NCBI GenBank assembly: GCA_951406725.2
Contig: OX597822.1
Location: forward strand, 53,134,001-53,198,000
From: Octopus vulgaris
Lineage: Eukaryota
Direction: 5' to 3'
DNA length: 64,000 bases
Shown: piece after piece, positions 62,620-64,000 of the stretch
Position numbering within the stretch: position 1 is the stretch's first letter
Layout of the letters: every line of letters begins with the position of its first letter
Program-made: the position numbers and the translations under genes
The notes under the pieces: model-generated
What the model was told of the DNA's origin: nothing
The model's input: the letters and a program-made list of their open reading frames with translations, nothing else
The model's database searches: none

Positions 62620-62956
62620 GTGTATGCGTAACTGGTACTCATTTCATCGACCCCGAAATGCTGAAAGGCAAATTCGACTTCGGCGGAATTTGAACTCAGA
62701 ACGTTAAAGGCGGATGAAATACCTATTTCTTTGCTGCCCACAAGGGGCTAAACACAGAGGGGACAAACAAGGACAGACAAACGGATTAAGTCGATTATAT
62801 CGACCCCAGTGCGTAACTGGTACCTATTTAATCGACCCCGAAAGGACGAAAGGCAAAGTCGACCTCGGCGGAATTTGAACTCAGAACGTAACGGCAGATG
62901 AAATACCGCTAAGCATTTTGTCTAGCTTGCTAACGACTCGACCACCTTACCGCCTT
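62620..62956 (-). mobile_element. SINE family B with a nested Tx1-tailed copy at 62724-62956
   Basis: Same junction as at 27365 and 44226. Confidence 0.88.
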
Positions 62957-62977
62957 AATAATAATAATAATAATAAC

Positions 62978-63070
<93 letters not shown>

Positions 63071-63335
63071 AATAATAATAAATCCTTTCAACTATAAGAA
63101 GACAGCCTAAAATTTAGGGCTAGTCGATTAAATAACCCCAGCAATTAAAATAATTATCATCCCGTTACTGACATCATTATCATCACTATAGCTATCATCA
63201 TAACCACTACCACAAACCACCACCACTACCACCACCACCACCACCACCACCACCACCACCACCACCACCACCACCACCACCACCACCACCACCACCACCA
63301 CCACCATCACAATCCTCATCATCATCTTCGACGAC
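62956..63335. repeat. (TAA)n, (GAT)n and (CAC)n microsatellites
   Basis: Direct inspection. Confidence 0.95.
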
Positions 63336-63614
63336 GACGTCATCCCACAAACTCATGCTTTCTAACCTTAACGAACCCTGCTTATTGTTTGTCTTTCCAA
63401 CACGCTCATCAATTAAACAGACAATTAAATTCAATTTTAACAACGTGGCCTTCCATACTTCCTACTTGAACACACACACACGCGCGCGCATGCACACACA
63501 TACACACACATACACACATGCATAAAACCTATTATTGAAGCACAATCTGAATTTCACACATTTGCTAGTTATTTATGCAGTCACATATATTTCTAACGAC
63601 ACACACATACTCAC

Positions 63615-63692
<78 letters not shown>

Positions 63693-64000
63693 TCACGTCA
63701 TACAACGAGCAATTAAGGTATTAGTTGTGAAAGATATATAAGCTACACTTATATATTATTAAAAATTAATTTCCATTTTCTTTAAACAATATAATTTAGA
63801 TTTGAATACACCCGTATTCGCATCTAGCTGTTTGTCTTACCTTTATCTCCTCCTACGTCTTTCAGTCTTCATCGCCAGTATAATGAGCCGCACTATATTG
63901 ATCAAGATAACGGTGAGCAAGATCATCAGCTTTATCTTTAACCCTTTAGCCTCCGTTCTCTTTCCTTACCTTTTTCTCATTCACTCCTTGCTTTACTTTC

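Overview
AT-rich, microsatellite-saturated animal DNA with no confidently identifiable host protein-coding gene. The tRNA-derived SINE repertoire looks like that of octopus or another coleoid cephalopod; this is recognition only and was not verified. Almost all of the window is mobile DNA. It holds a full-length Tx1/L1-clade LINE on the minus strand with an intact 1131-aa APE-RT ORF2, nested in an older ORF1 remnant inside a non-autonomous Helitron. It also holds ORF1-only (half-LINE) relatives, R4/Dong and RTE LINE fragments, DD34D mariner and DD37D maT relics, Helitron/Helentron derivatives and several SINE families. Most ORFs in the supplied track are microsatellite artefacts. The first standout theme is a set of minimal hammerhead-ribozyme motifs of the Penelope type, including a tRNA-headed, hammerhead-bearing palindromic retroposon with a 15-bp TSD and a U3-A8 variant hammerhead element with 35-bp flanking direct repeats. 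The second is a Tx1-centred network: a SINE subfamily and ORF1-only elements share the 3' tail of the intact LINE, and the SINE repeatedly lands at one position inside its own family.
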